A stretch of 63,250 nucleotides of DNA, counting the filler, from Octopus bimaculoides (lineage: Eukaryota): assembly GCF_001194135.2 (NCBI RefSeq). It is 5 parts of 5 records of this genome, joined end to end, with 100 filler letters (N's around TTAATTAATTAA, not from the genome) between each part and the next. Parts side by side here need not be neighbours in the genome. Positions count along the whole stretch, not along the records: positions 1 to 22,135 come from NC_068981.1; positions 22,236 to 44,216 come from NC_068998.1; 3 more parts are not named here. One strand, written 5' to 3'. Below, in pieces: positions 10,841 to 23,224 of the stretch; within the stretch, counting starts at the first letter, position 1, and every line of letters starts with the position of its first letter. The notes below the pieces were generated by a model. The model was not told where the DNA came from and searched no databases. It saw only the letters and a program-made list of their open reading frames with translations. The position numbers and the translations under genes are program-made.

Positions 10841-12752
10841 GTGAGTACTTATTTTAATTCTATATATGATGCACAATAGCTGTAAGGTTTAGGCAGCTTC
10901 ATGCATAGTTGAATTTGAACAATGCTACAGTAACTGTGCCATGACCATTTAATAACTACTCCATTCAGAAGATTGGAATAATACATATATATGCCAGTGG
11001 GAAAACAGAAGAGACACAACCGAGTAGAATGTTTGAGAGAGTTTTATTGACTGGTTAACATGTGTGCCTGTGTGTGCATCATGCATACAGAATAATAGAC
11101 AGGCCATCATGAGAACAAAGTGTATGTGTATATAGGCATGGATGTATGTGTGCATGTTAAGTACATATAAGAATGGCAATGAGGAAGAAAGTAAAAAAGT
11201 CTGTAATGGGAAGTTAGACGAATGGTCATAGACACAAGAATGAGAAATACCAGTTTGTAGTCAATTGTACACGAAAATAGAAATACTGTTTCAAGAAGTT
11301 GCAGTGATGATGCAGAGCTGGTTGCAGTACGTGTCGTATGAAGTTGTGACTGTAATGTTGCTGCTTGGGTCACTTGTACAGGAGTTCTTGTAGGTTGTAT
11401 ATTCACTGTTAAACATGGTGAAGTAATTCACGAACAGTGCTATGTTAGAACCTGTGCAGTGTTGCCGGTTGAGCTGTCTACGCAGAGATGTTGATGTCAT
11501 TAAGAAGAAGATGGTAGCGATGAAGAAAGAGTTTGCTGTAATGCTGTTGGATGTGTGTTGTCATCTGATGTTGTTGCTGGAACTGGCTGTGTCTTGTGTG
11601 TCAGTGGCTAGACCTTAAAAGGTCTGGAACCAAAGATATTGAGACGAGAAGAAGGTGAGTTTTTATAATGAACAGTAGGTTCAAACAGGTCTGTGAACAG
11701 GCTGTCTCACGTGATCTTATTTAGGGGCTCCGATTGGTTATATGTGATAGAGTAAGAGACACATTGCGCCAATACCAACCTATCAGAGTAGTGGACACAA
11801 TGGGGTCCAAATAGCTGCCAAAGGCTAGCTGTTATCTGCTATGTTCGAATGCCTATATATAAGGGGGAGAGGAACTTCACTTGAGTGTATGCTACAGCAG
11901 GTAAATTTCCTTCAGATTACATGCTAGTGTCTTAACAAAAAATAGAAGGGCATTTTGAATAATGTATTCTCTGATATAAAACAAAAGATGAGATGTTGAT
12001 TGTTTGAACTGTTTGATCAGTGATAACTTGGTACTAAACAAACAACAACAGAAGCAGATGTGAATCAACAGTTAACTTTGAAATTTCTTAGCCTCTCTCA
12101 ATATAGCAATGAAATCTCTTTTAACAACTCATAAGTAAAATTGATGGAAACAAAAATGACAATTCATTCTTTTTTTCATTTTTATAGATTGTGTACAAAT
12201 TATATACAATTCTTTCATTCTTGCACTGGCTTCAATCTTTACATTATAGTCATGATGGGATACAACCTTTAAAGGTTTTGGTCAATTATATGGATACCCA
12301 TATAATTTTATTGATTCTAATTATTGAGTAGCTAAGTCAGTCTTCGTGTAAGGAGATGTAACCTGGACAGAATAAAACCACAAGATATTTTTGTTAGAAC
12401 TGATGCATTGCCACTCAAGACCAAAGTTAGCCCCCTTTTCACCTAAATTTAGGGTTGCTTCTCTGTACTAACACCTTTCTTTACACCACCACATACATTA
12501 ATACACCCACTAATCACTTCTACATTTCGCACACCACGAACTCTGAACATACTCCTCAACATTCTGATGAGATCTGCCAAACCACTGGCTTGATCGAAAC
12601 GTACGTAAATGACTATTGCATAACATACAAAATGACTCACTACATAACCTCAACCTCCACAATGACTCATTACATAACCTCCACGTAATAAAACAACGGT
12701 TAACTAATCCAACAATATTGCTTTTTCTTGTATTTGTTGCTCCATTCTCCAC

Positions 12753-12798
<46 letters not shown>

Positions 12799-15188
12799 GT
12801 CTGTGTGTGTGTTTTATATATTGTCAAGCAATATATTATTGGTATAACTGATTAGGTGGTGGTACATGGTTATTGGTTAGGGTGTTGGACTCATGATCAT
12901 AAGATTGTGGTTTCAATTCCTTGACCGGGTGCTGCATTGTGTTCTTGAACCAAACACTTCATTTCACATTCATTTCACATTGCTCCAGTCCACTTGGCTG
13001 GCAAAAATGAATAATCCTGTGAAGGACTGGTGTCCTATCCAGCAGGGATTCTATGCACCATAAAAACCAGAAAACCAGCTCCTTGAGTCAATATGACTTG
13101 GGAAAGATCTTTATCTTTAATCACTGATCATTTTCATACCAACTATTGTGCTGAGGCAGTATTGATGACTCTTCAGTCATGTTGACTGGTAGCACATACC
13201 CTCTTTTATCTTTTATGCTGGAGGTACATAGACTCTAGGTTGATTTGGTGCTGGTAAAAAAACGTGTAAGAAAACATACTAGAAAAATTATATCATTTTG
13301 CAAGGGGAAGAAGAGTTATTTCCCATAGATTTGGTGTTAGTCGTAGGTGAAGTAGTCTGTGTGTGTGTGCGTGTTAAAAAAACCATGTATAAAGAAAATT
13401 ACATCTCATATAAAACCAACAATTGTCAAATACTCTGAATTTTGAGAAATTCTGCCAAAGGATATTTGGATTTACCTGTCATGCATGAGGATTTACCTGG
13501 GATCTATATACTACTTAGATTTATTGGTGTTGAATATTAACCAAATTCTTTTAATACTGAGTGCTTTATTATTATCTGCTAGGATTTTTTAATCCCCTTT
13601 TTCTTCTAATTATATATATATATATATATATATCTTCATCATCTCATTGTTTTAATGTTCACTTTCCCATGCTTGTGTGGGTCAGATGGAGTTTATTGAG
13701 GCAGATTTTCTAATGAATTACAATCATTTATAACAGTCATGTGATGCCAAGGCAAGAGGATACATAACCTGAAAATAAACCTGAAAATAAAGAGAGCTTG
13801 ACAATGATTAGGACTGCAAGCATATGATGAAATTCAGCTTGGCTAATATATGTGTATCCAAAATTCTGGGCTTATGGATTAGCCTTAACCACTTGATCTG
13901 GTACCACTGTACTATATATCTTTTGCTGTAGGTTTCACTGAGTCTACTCAACAGCTATCACCATCTTGGAGTATATATATATTTAAAAGGACATCATCAG
14001 ACTTGTATGTATCTCAAACATACTAGCTATGTTCCACACTGGCTATTTGGTATCAACGTCCATCATTTATCCACCTCTTGTTATCTGTTACTCTCTTACT
14101 CTCATCCTCTCTAGTGCTGATGCCACAATAAAATGTACTTAGTTCTCTTTGCTATGTTATAGGGTTGTGAGAACCCTTTAGTTTTGTTTTAAAGGTATAA
14201 CAACCTCTCCAGTGTAGGTGTCTTGTTAAAATGCATCCAGTACACTCTGTAAAGTGGCTGGTGTTAGGAAGGGCACCTGACCATAGAAACTAAAATGAAA
14301 GTCATGTGTGAAATGTGGTACCCCAACCCATCTAAGAAACCAAAAATTACCCATCCACCCCATGCTTGCTTGGAATGCAGATATAAAACAACAATGAATA
14401 ATAATAATGGTAGTTTTTAATCTAATTTTGGCACAAGGCTAGCAGTTTTTTTTTTTATGGGAGGGTGTCAATGTAATTGACTTGATCCCAGTACTTAACT
14501 GGTTCATATCTTATGAACCCTAAGACAATGACTGGCAAAGTCAACCATAAATAATAATAATAATAATAATAATGAATGCCCTGATGCAGTACCAGGCAGT
14601 GACTCTAATGGTTTTTGATCTTAACTGATTGGAAGGGTTATCTTGTACATGTTTTGTCTTGGTATAAAAAGATGGCTACAGCAAATATTTTGCTCAATAC
14701 CACAGATTTTCATGTCAGTTGCTTGACCATAACCAATTGAATATGTCCCTTAATGGCTGATGATATGTGCATCTCTGATCACGAGCAGAAGTAGTGTGGG
14801 AGTATCATAGCCATGTGTTGAGAGGAATTCTTTGGGGTTTGAATAATTCACCTCTGGAAATATGGGTGTTTCATTCATCATCCTTAAATCTTATTCAGGG
14901 ACCTTTTGAGTAGGATGGGCTAATTGACCTGAAGCAAATTCTAACTGGACCCCACCTGCAAGGTAATGCACTGTTTATCTTGATATGAGATCATCATATC
15001 ATGCATGGTTGTGATGCAAGTACTTGGTGTACCCTTATCAGAGGAGTATCATGACATGATAGGTATACTGGGCTTCGTATATTTGTACCCCAGTGTCACT
15101 TTGATGGCATGTACTGCTCTCTCACTCAATAATAATAATAGTGATACCTTGTTTCTCTTATCTTTAATACTTATGTTTTTCTTTTCAG

Positions 15189-15221
15189 ACAACAAACCCT
15201 CAAGTTGATATTCTACGTGGT
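15189..15221 (+). CDS. NRAMP: NRAMP micro-exon E (TTNPQVDILRG)
   Basis: tttttcttttcAG acceptor, GTGAGT donor, 33 nt, phase 0/0. VDILRG corresponds to the vertebrate VDIYKG motif that precedes G..LGC.FG. Confidence 0.85.
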
Positions 15222-16298
15222 GTGAGTAAAATATTCTACTTTTATTGAAAAACGTTCAATTTTGACATATTTCCATTTTTTGGTATTTTTTCAATCCAGT
15301 AAGCTGTATAGATTTTTTTGAGATACTTCTAGCTGTTATAGGTTTGAGAGTCTAATAATGGTATGTAGTTTTTTTTTTTAAGATCCAATAAAGCTGTGAT
15401 CCTATATAGCTTGAATAACTTTAATGATACATTGTATCCTTTGTAACATTTTAGATTACATATGCTGCAGCCATAGCAGATTATTGAAAAAAAAAAAGGG
15501 CCGTGATTAAGAAAGTATAATGTTTTGGACAGAGTCCATTATCAAAGAATGAGAAGAGGCATTCTGTTTTCTACAACCAAGTTTTGGAACTGTACTGTAT
15601 CTATTGTAGTGTTCAATCTTGCGTCCATGTGTTCTGATTTCAAATTCAGTTTAGTTTGACTTTACCTGTTATCTCACAGATTTGTAAAACATGTACTTTT
15701 ATTACTCTAGAATCAATACAATCAATTTTTTATCCCTAAAACTTAGTGTTTATGCAAAAGAAATCAATATCTTCATGATTATAGTAAGGTTAATTAATCT
15801 GGACAGCTGTGGTTTGCAAACATTATAAACTGTGTAGCTTATTTTTCTTTTGAATTTCATGGAATATCATCTTATACATGAAACAATGATTTTCTTCAGA
15901 TTTCTATTAACAGATGTTTGACATGTAAGATTGATTTTTTTTTTTCTCATGATATATCTTAAATCTTAATATCTTAAAATTCAACATCATTCCTTGACAT
16001 TGAGACTATTTCACAACAACCCACTATTTAGTTAATTAAATTTCATTCCTTAAGCTAAGCTCATATGATCCTGGTTTAATCTTCCATCTGCTAATCATCA
16101 TTTGATCATATGTTTTATTAGCATACCTTATATGCGCTATCATTTTTCCCCATTTAAACATATATTCAATCATATACATAAATACTGATCCTGTCATATT
16201 ATGATTTAATTGTTTTCTGATTTTTTTTTTACATTTTCTAACATTGTTTATATTCTTATAATTTTTATATTTCTATAGTTTGATGTTATTTTATATCA

Positions 16299-17335
16299 CA
16301 TCATCATCATCGTTTAACGTCCACTTTCCATACTAGCATGGGTTGGATGATTTGACTGAGGACTGGTGAACCGGATGGCTGCACCAGGCTCCAATCTGAT
16401 CTGGCAGAGTTTCTACAGCTGGATGCCCTTCTTAACACCAACCACTCCGAGAGTGTAGTGGGTGCTTTTATGTGCCACCGGCACAAGGGCCAGTCATGCG
16501 GTACTGGCAACGGCCACACTCAAAATGGTGTTTTTTACATGCCACCTGCACAGGAGCCAGTCCAGCAGCATTGGCAATGACCTCGCTTGAATGATTTTCT
16601 AACGTGCCACTGGCACAAGTGCCAGTAAGGCGATGCTGGTAACAATCACGCTCAAATGGTGCTATTTACGCGCCACTAGCACAGAAGCCAGATAGCTGCT
16701 CTGGCAATGATCACGCTTGGACGGTGCTGTTAGTGCTCCACTGGCATAGGTGCCAGTCATTGAAAATGATTCAATTATTATTTCGATTTCACTTGCCCCA
16801 ACAAGTCTTCGCAAGCAGAGTTTAGTGTTCAATGAAGGAGAAGTTGGCATGGGTGCCAGTTGTCAAATTTGGTTCAATTTTGATTTCAGATTCACTTGCC
16901 TCAACAGGTCTTCACAAGCAGAGTTTAGTGTCCAATGAAGTAAAGATACGAATAAGTGAACTGGCTACACTTTTGGCAGAGGCCAAAGATGATGCTTTCA
17001 TTTGGCTTGCTGGGTCTTCTCACGTACTGCATATTTCCAAAGGTCCCAGTCACTAGTCATTGCCTCGGCAAGGCCTAAAGTTCGAAGGTCGTGCTTCACC
17101 ACCTCATCCCAGGTCTTCCTGGGTCTATCTCTTCCACAAGTTCCCTCAACTGCTAGGGTGTGGCACTTTTTCACACAGCTATCCTCATCCATTCTTGCCA
17201 CATGACCATACCAGCGCAATCATCTCTCTTGCACACCACAACTGATGCTTCTTAGGTCTAACTTTTCTCTCAAGGTACTTACACTCTGCCGAGTATGCAC
17301 ACTGACATTACATATCCATCGGAGCATACTGGCTT
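16299..17335 (-). mobile_element. RTE-LINE 3' end, antisense to NRAMP
   Basis: (CAT)n tail at 16299-16310. Minus-strand frame RWYGHVARMDEDSCVKKCHTLAVEGTCGRDRPRKTWDEVVKHDL...REKTQQAK*. UTR contains an internal duplication of about 100 bp (16790-16840 / 16892-16942). Confidence 0.92.
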
Positions 17336-17694
17336 TTTATACTTTTTTGTATATTTTATACCTAACATTGGATACATTCTTGGGTGTCAATAGCAGAGTC
17401 CCTTCTGTTACAAGCATTTAGACCACTCTTCTTTAGTTTGAGGTTACCTTCCTATCTCCCACCTGTCTCAGGGTTTCTGAGACAGGTGGGAGATGAAATG
17501 ACTAAAAACAAAATTGTATCACTTCCTTACAATTTTTGTGATTTTGAGCCAATATGAAAATATAAAAAAATTGTCATTCTACATTGTGACAAACAGTGAC
17601 TCTTCACAATCAGGGCACACTGTTAACTACATTGATTGTAAAGTTAAGGATATGTATTTACGTATGGACTTAAACCTGTTTTATTTTTCCATAG

Positions 17695-17814
17695 GGTAAG
17701 TTCTTGGGCTGTAAGTTTGGTCAAGCTGCTATGTATATATGGGCTGTTGGAATTCTAGCTGCTGGTCAAAGCTCTACTATGACAGGCACTTATGCTGGTC
17801 AGTTTGTGATGGAG
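17695..17814 (+). CDS. NRAMP: NRAMP exon F ([40 protein letters not shown])
   Basis: atAG acceptor, GTAAGA donor, 120 nt. Contains the NRAMP consensus transport motif [16 protein letters not shown]. Confidence 0.98.
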
Positions 17815-19938
17815 GTAAGAAATACATTTTATTTTTTTTTTTATCTTTTATTTGTTTTAGTCATTTGACTGTGGCCATACTGGGGCACTGTCTTGAAGGG
17901 TTTTAGTCGAACAAATCGACCTTTGGACTTATTTTTTTATGAATAGTACTTATTGCATCAGTCTTATTTGCTGAACCACTAAGTTACGTGTATGTAAACA
18001 CCACCAGTACTGGTTGTCAAGCAGTGGTGAGGGGACAAACATAAACACAAAGACACACACATACATATGTATATCTGAGTAACATTATCTACAAAGGCAG
18101 GTTTTAAATTCTTTAACCATTTGGCCCGCTTAAGTTTGTCTTCTATTTTACTTCTCAGTTTTTTTGGTAGTTTTAACTCCTATTTCTAACGGGTATGACG
18201 TATGAATGCCCTGATGCTTAATGCTAATTTAAAAATTTTATAGCTATTTAACGCTATTCAATACCTGTTAACCATCTTATATTATTGTTGGTGATATTAT
18301 CGATTCCTTATATTAACCGTAGATAATATTAGCAACAATAATATCTTTATGAATATTCAAGTTTGGCTATTTTATTCATTGTACACACATATATATATAT
18401 AATAGACTTTTTTCAGTTTCCATTTACTGAATCCACTCATAAAGCTTTGGTCAACCAGAGGCTATAGTAGAAGACACTTGCTTAAGGTGCCACACAATGG
18501 GATTGAACCTGAAACAAGCTTCATACCTCACAGCCATGCCAGTAGTTCCATTTTACAATCCACTTCTTACTATTTTACTGAGTTGTTTAAAGAATTGTTT
18601 TTTAGTAAATGCATAATATGGTAAATGGTATAATTGATACAGCTTTGAACAAAATACTTTATGGCTACTTACTTTACGTTCAGAATTTAAACACTACCAA
18701 GTTTCCTTTGCCTTTCACCTTTACCAGGGCCATTAACATAAGATTTACAGTGTAATCAACTCTGTATATTAGAAAGCAATGTCCCAATGTGGCAACAGTC
18801 TAATGGCTAAAAACAATGACCAAAAAGAAAATTGTAAGCAACACAAAGCTTGTGTTAACAAAGAGATGAATAATCCTTTCTACTATAGGCACAATGCCTG
18901 AAATTAGGGGGCCAATCAATTAGATTGACCCAGTATGCAACTGGTACTTAATTTATTGACTCTGAAAGTATGAAAGGAAAAGTTGACCTCGGCAGAATTT
19001 GAACTCAGAACATAAAGACAGACGAAATACCATTAAGAATTTCACCCAGCATGCTTACAATTCTGTCAGCTCGCCGCCTTCAAAGAGATGAATATCAAAT
19101 ATCTTTCATGCTAAATTCTTGGTTTATTGAAACTAACTCCATTTGCAGAAAAGGTAGAACAATTGCTTGGGGTAATTGAGACCAATTCTAAATGAGAGGA
19201 GTATATAATCTTGAGAATAAAAATTTCTTCAAAATTGAAAAATTGACATGCTATTAAAGAAAAGACAAATTTTCTGGAGACAAGAAGCAAACTGTAGATG
19301 TGTGTTTCTGTCTTAGTAAGCATCATCAGCACAGTAGTTGCCCTACATTGTTTCAAGGAGAACAAAATATTATGGAACACATTTACGACCTAGTTATTTT
19401 GCATAAATACCACCAGTGACTCTAAGTTATTTCTCTTGTCTCTTTTTCTTTTCATTTTTGCATAAACGTTCTCTTTTCTCCAAACATTGAGACTGTCTTT
19501 TCCTTCCTTAACTCTTAGTATTTTGTATGAGCCTTCTGTTTAATATAGCACTACACATCCCTGACATATGTCATCTCCTCTGGAAAGTTCAACATCTGGA
19601 AGTCTGGTCTCACATGTTTTTAATTCCATGTCTTTCTTGTCCTTCCTCTACAACAGGGACATGTCCACTGCCACCACGTTACACTCATACACTTGGCATT
19701 TATTTATTGCTTATTTGATTGCATGTCCATTCCAATGCAATAGTTTTTCCTGTATACATTGGCTGATAGATTTAAAGCTCAAGTACTTTAAGGTCTTGTA
19801 CTTTGCATTTTGTACTTAATAACTCAACATTTGGCCCTTTGCACTACTAAATGCCTATAAACCTTGGTAAACTTCGCTGACTGTAATCTATTTTGTTTTT
19901 AATTAATTTATATTTTTATACATATCTTTTCATGTCAG

Positions 19939-20162
19939 GGTTTCCTTAATCTCTACTGGAAAAGATGGCAACGTGTTTTACTCACAAGATCAATTGCAAT
20001 CATGCCAACTGTCTTAATAGCTTTCTTCAGAGGAATCAATGATTTGTCTGGTATGAATGATTTGCTAAATGTCCTCATGTCACTTCAACTACCATTCGCT
20101 TTGATACCAATTCTAACGTTTACTAGCACCAAAAGTGTGATGAATGACTTCAAAAATGGAAT
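19939..20162 (+). CDS. NRAMP: NRAMP exon G ([24 protein letters not shown]...[26 protein letters not shown])
   Basis: tcAG acceptor, GTAAGT donor at 20163, 224 nt, phase 0/2. Contains the GFLNL, TRSIAI.PT and [16 protein letters not shown] motifs. Confidence 0.97.
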
Positions 20163-20518
20163 GTAAGTACCCAGAAATCTTCAAAATTTTCTTATTGTTA
20201 TTGTAGGTACGTATCAGTGTGATACACATACACACACACACACACACACTCTCTGTCTCTCTCTTTCTCTCTGTCTCTCTCTCTCTGTCTCTCTCTTTCT
20301 CTCTCTCTCTGTCTCTCTCTTTCTCTCTCTCTCTGTCTCTTTCTTTCTCTGTGTGTGTGTCTCTCTCTCTCTAAAATTATGTTTATGAAGAAACTTAATG
20401 TTTTGCATTCATTTATAGTAGAGTTTAATGTAAGTGTATGTGTCTGCAATACAGTCTGCATGGAACTAAGCTTTGATTTGAAATTCTAAGCACATACACA
20501 CATTCATTCAGACATAAA

Positions 20519-20684
20519 CTACACTCTCTGAGTGGTTGGCGTTAGGAAGGGCATCCAGCTGTAGAAACTCTGCCAAATTAGATTGGAGCCTGGTGTTGCC
20601 ATCCGGTTTCACCAGTCCTCAGTCAAATCGTCCAACCCATGCTAGCATGGAAGGCGGACGTTAAACGATGATGATGATGATGAT
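20519..20684 (+). mobile_element. Short RTE 3'-end copy (166 bp)
   Basis: ctacactctctgagtggttggcgttaggaagggcatccagc...ggacgttaaacgatgatgatgat; nearly identical to 8411-8577. Confidence 0.88.
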
Positions 20685-20970
20685 AAACATCTCTTTTGAC
20701 ACAGAGCAAGGCCAGTTTTTGTTGGGAGAAACGTATTACAACCATCTCTGCTGTATGAATGGGTACATTTTTTACTGAACATAGAGATACAAAAAAATAG
20801 TACGTGAACCCTTGGCATGATGCCAATGAAAATATTTACTATAAAATCCATTAAAATATTTACAATAAAATCCATTAAATAAATCTATAAGACAAAAGCA
20901 CAAGATAAAAGTAATATCATTTAGTAATAAATGTTCTTTCTTTTCCTTAAATTTTTTTTTTGTTTTTTAG

Positions 20971-21127
20971 GCCCATGAAAATTCTTACTGGTGTTCTCGC
21001 TGCTATTGTTATTGGTATCAATCTTTTCTTTGTGATAATCTACATGAGAAAACTTCCATCACACTGGGCAGTTTACTTATTTGTCATCCTTGGTACTGTA
21101 TTGTACTTGTTGTTTGTTATATATTTG
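20971..21127 (+). CDS. NRAMP: NRAMP exon H (MPMKILTGVLAAIVIGINLFFVIIYMRKLPSHWAVYLFVILGTVLYLLFVIYL)
   Basis: T-rich tract + ttAG, GTAAGT donor, 157 nt, phase 2/0, in frame with exon G. Two hydrophobic helices (TM11-12). No stop is reached, so the final exon is missing from this scaffold. Confidence 0.93.
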
Positions 21128-21366
21128 GTAAGTACTGCTCTCTGTCTATCTCTCTCTCTTACTTTCCATTTGTTTATCTTTAATTTTTTTCTCATCATTT
21201 TAAGTCCATCTTCATCAGTTAAGAAGTCTTCCTCATCACAACTTTCATGTACTTTATAAACATTTGACATACTATGTATTATTAAAATTAGGGATAGGCT
21301 AAATATTTTATGCTCACTCATTAAATGTACTAACACTGACTTCACTATTGTTTTACATGAAGTTAG

Positions 21367-21525
21367 GTGCAGACATGGCTGTGTGGCTAAAAAACTTGCA
21401 TCCTAAGTATGTGGTCATGTGTTCAATCCCACTGTGTGGCACCTTGGGCAAATATCATCTACTGTAGCCCCAAGGCAACCAAAGCCTTGTGATGGATTTG
21501 GTAGACAAAAACTGGAAGAAGCTCA
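21367..21525 (+). mobile_element. tRNA-headed SINE, family C (GGCTGTGTGG head, CACCTTGGGCAA core)
   Basis: A-box-like GGCTGTGTGG, B-box-like GTTCAATCCC, then ggcaccttgggcaaat.tc.tctactgtagcc. Related copies at about 18415-18540 (-), 26925-26965 (-) and 39008-39122 (+). Confidence 0.6.
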
Positions 21526-21537
21526 TTATATACATTG

Positions 21538-22135
21538 TCATCATCATCATCATCATCATCGTTTAACGTCTGCTTTCCATGCTAGCATGGGTTGGACGAT
21601 TTGACTGAGGACTGGTGAAACCGGATGGCAACACCAGGCTCCAATCTAATTTGGCAGAGTTTCTACAGCTGGATGCCCTTCCTAACGCCAACCACTCAGA
21701 GAGTGTAGTGGGTGCTTTTACGTGTCACCTGCACGAANNNNNNNNNNTGGCAGAGTTTCTACAGCTGGATGCCCTTCCTAACGCCAACCACTCAGAGAGT
21801 GTAGTGGGTGCTTTTACGTGTCACCTGCACGAAAACGGCCACGCTTGAAATGGTGTCTTTTATGTGCCACCCGCACAAGCCAGTCCAGGGGCACTGGCAA
21901 CGATCTCACTCGAAAATCTTACGGGAGCCAGTCAGGCGGTACTGGCAACGGTCACCCTCAAAATGGTGCATCTCATATGCCACCCGCACAAGAGCCAGTC
22001 CAGGGGCACTGGCAACGATCTTACTTGGCTTGCCGGGTCTTCTCACGCACAGCACATTTCCAAAGGTCTCGGTCAGTAGTCATCGCCTCGGTGAGGCCCA
22101 ATGTACAAAGGTCTTGCCTCACCACCTCAGCCCAG
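21538..22135 (-). mobile_element. RTE-LINE 3' end, antisense, cut by the scaffold end
   Basis: (CAT)n tail at 21538-21559; the reverse complement matches 7866-8577 almost base for base. Confidence 0.9.
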
Positions 22136-22235
22136 NNNNNNNNNNNNNNNNNNNNNNNNNNNNNNNNNNNNNNNNNNNNTTAATTAATTAANNNNNNNNN
22201 NNNNNNNNNNNNNNNNNNNNNNNNNNNNNNNNNNN
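22136..22235. other. Artificial scaffold linker N44-TTAATTAATTAA-N44
   Basis: Exactly 44 N + a 12-mer with stops in all six frames + 44 N; identical at four places. Confidence 0.97.
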
Positions 22236-23033
22236 TTAAATATATATAGTAATTAAATATATATATATTGAGAATAACAAGGTAGTCAGAATATTGAATG
22301 ATTATATTATTAAATATATATAGTAATTAAATATATATATATTTAATTACATTTTTAGGGCTTTCTTCCGTTTTCAGAGTTATCAAAAATCTGTACATCA
22401 CTTCAAAAACTCTCTCTTCCTCTCTCTCTCCACGCACACACACACAAACACACATACATGCAAATGTCAGATTCAAGGACCAAAGTGTCGGTAGTTAGTG
22501 AGCTAATACTAAACATGTCATCCAAACATCTTAAAGAGTTCATAATTGGATCATTAAAATTTATTCTCCTGCAAAATCATTTCATGTTTGACACCACTGC
22601 ATACCGACAAAAATTATGATTCAAAAGGCTTTCTCTATCACACAGAGTAACACGCTGTTTCTACTTGAGAATAGCATTAAGGATATATATATATATATAT
22701 GGAATATTCAGCCGTTTAAATGCTAATTCAATGAATAGGCTCTTCTATTGATTGAACAATTGATCACACATCGTCGAAACTGTTGGAGATCCATTAGCTT
22801 TTTGGTGGAGGAGGGTAAAGAGAGCAGTTAGTTAGTGATGTAGCTTGGTAAGGGGTGCAGCTATAATTATTGCTTAAGTAACTTTTGACACTGCTAGAAT
22901 ATTAGAACTCGTAGGATATTATACTGTTTGTCGTTGAAAATAACTTTAGAAGATGCTTATTTATGTGCTTACATTTCGACACTTTCCCTGATCTTTGAAA
23001 AGCTATATCAACTTTTAAAAAGATTGAAGTTAC

Positions 23034-23224
23034 CTTTAAGTTTTCATCGATCATCTTTAAAGATTCGAACTGAAGTTTTCCGAAAGTAGCAGCTAGCTGG
23101 AATCTTACATTCCTCTCATCCCAAAAAGTTGGATCATTTTCTATTTCTTCAATGATTTCATTCGGGGTTGGCAAATGGAGTACTTCATTTACAACTTCTT
23201 CATCAGTTTTGCTTACTCCTTTTA
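23034..23224 (-). CDS. Uncharacterised secreted protein gene B, exon 2 (VKGVSKTDEEVVNEVLHLPTPNEIIEEIENDPTFWDERNVRFQLAATFGKLQFESLKMIDENLK)
   Basis: aaacAG acceptor, AAG|GTAACT donor, 191 nt, phase 1/0. 34/57 residues identical without gaps to 33526-33710. Confidence 0.88.

Noticed and set aside
21653-21831. Direct repeat of about 85 bp on both sides of a tiny gap
   Set aside because: Typical unmerged contig overlap; the same pattern occurs at about 46030-46215.
20971-22135. Iron-responsive element for NRAMP, as in DMT1 3' UTRs
   Set aside because: The 3' UTR is not in the scaffold and I saw no CAGUGN stem-loop by eye; it cannot be assessed here.
22180-22191. TTAATTAATTAA palindrome recurring four times
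   Set aside because: Always centred in exactly 44+44 N; an assembly or concatenation spacer, not biology.
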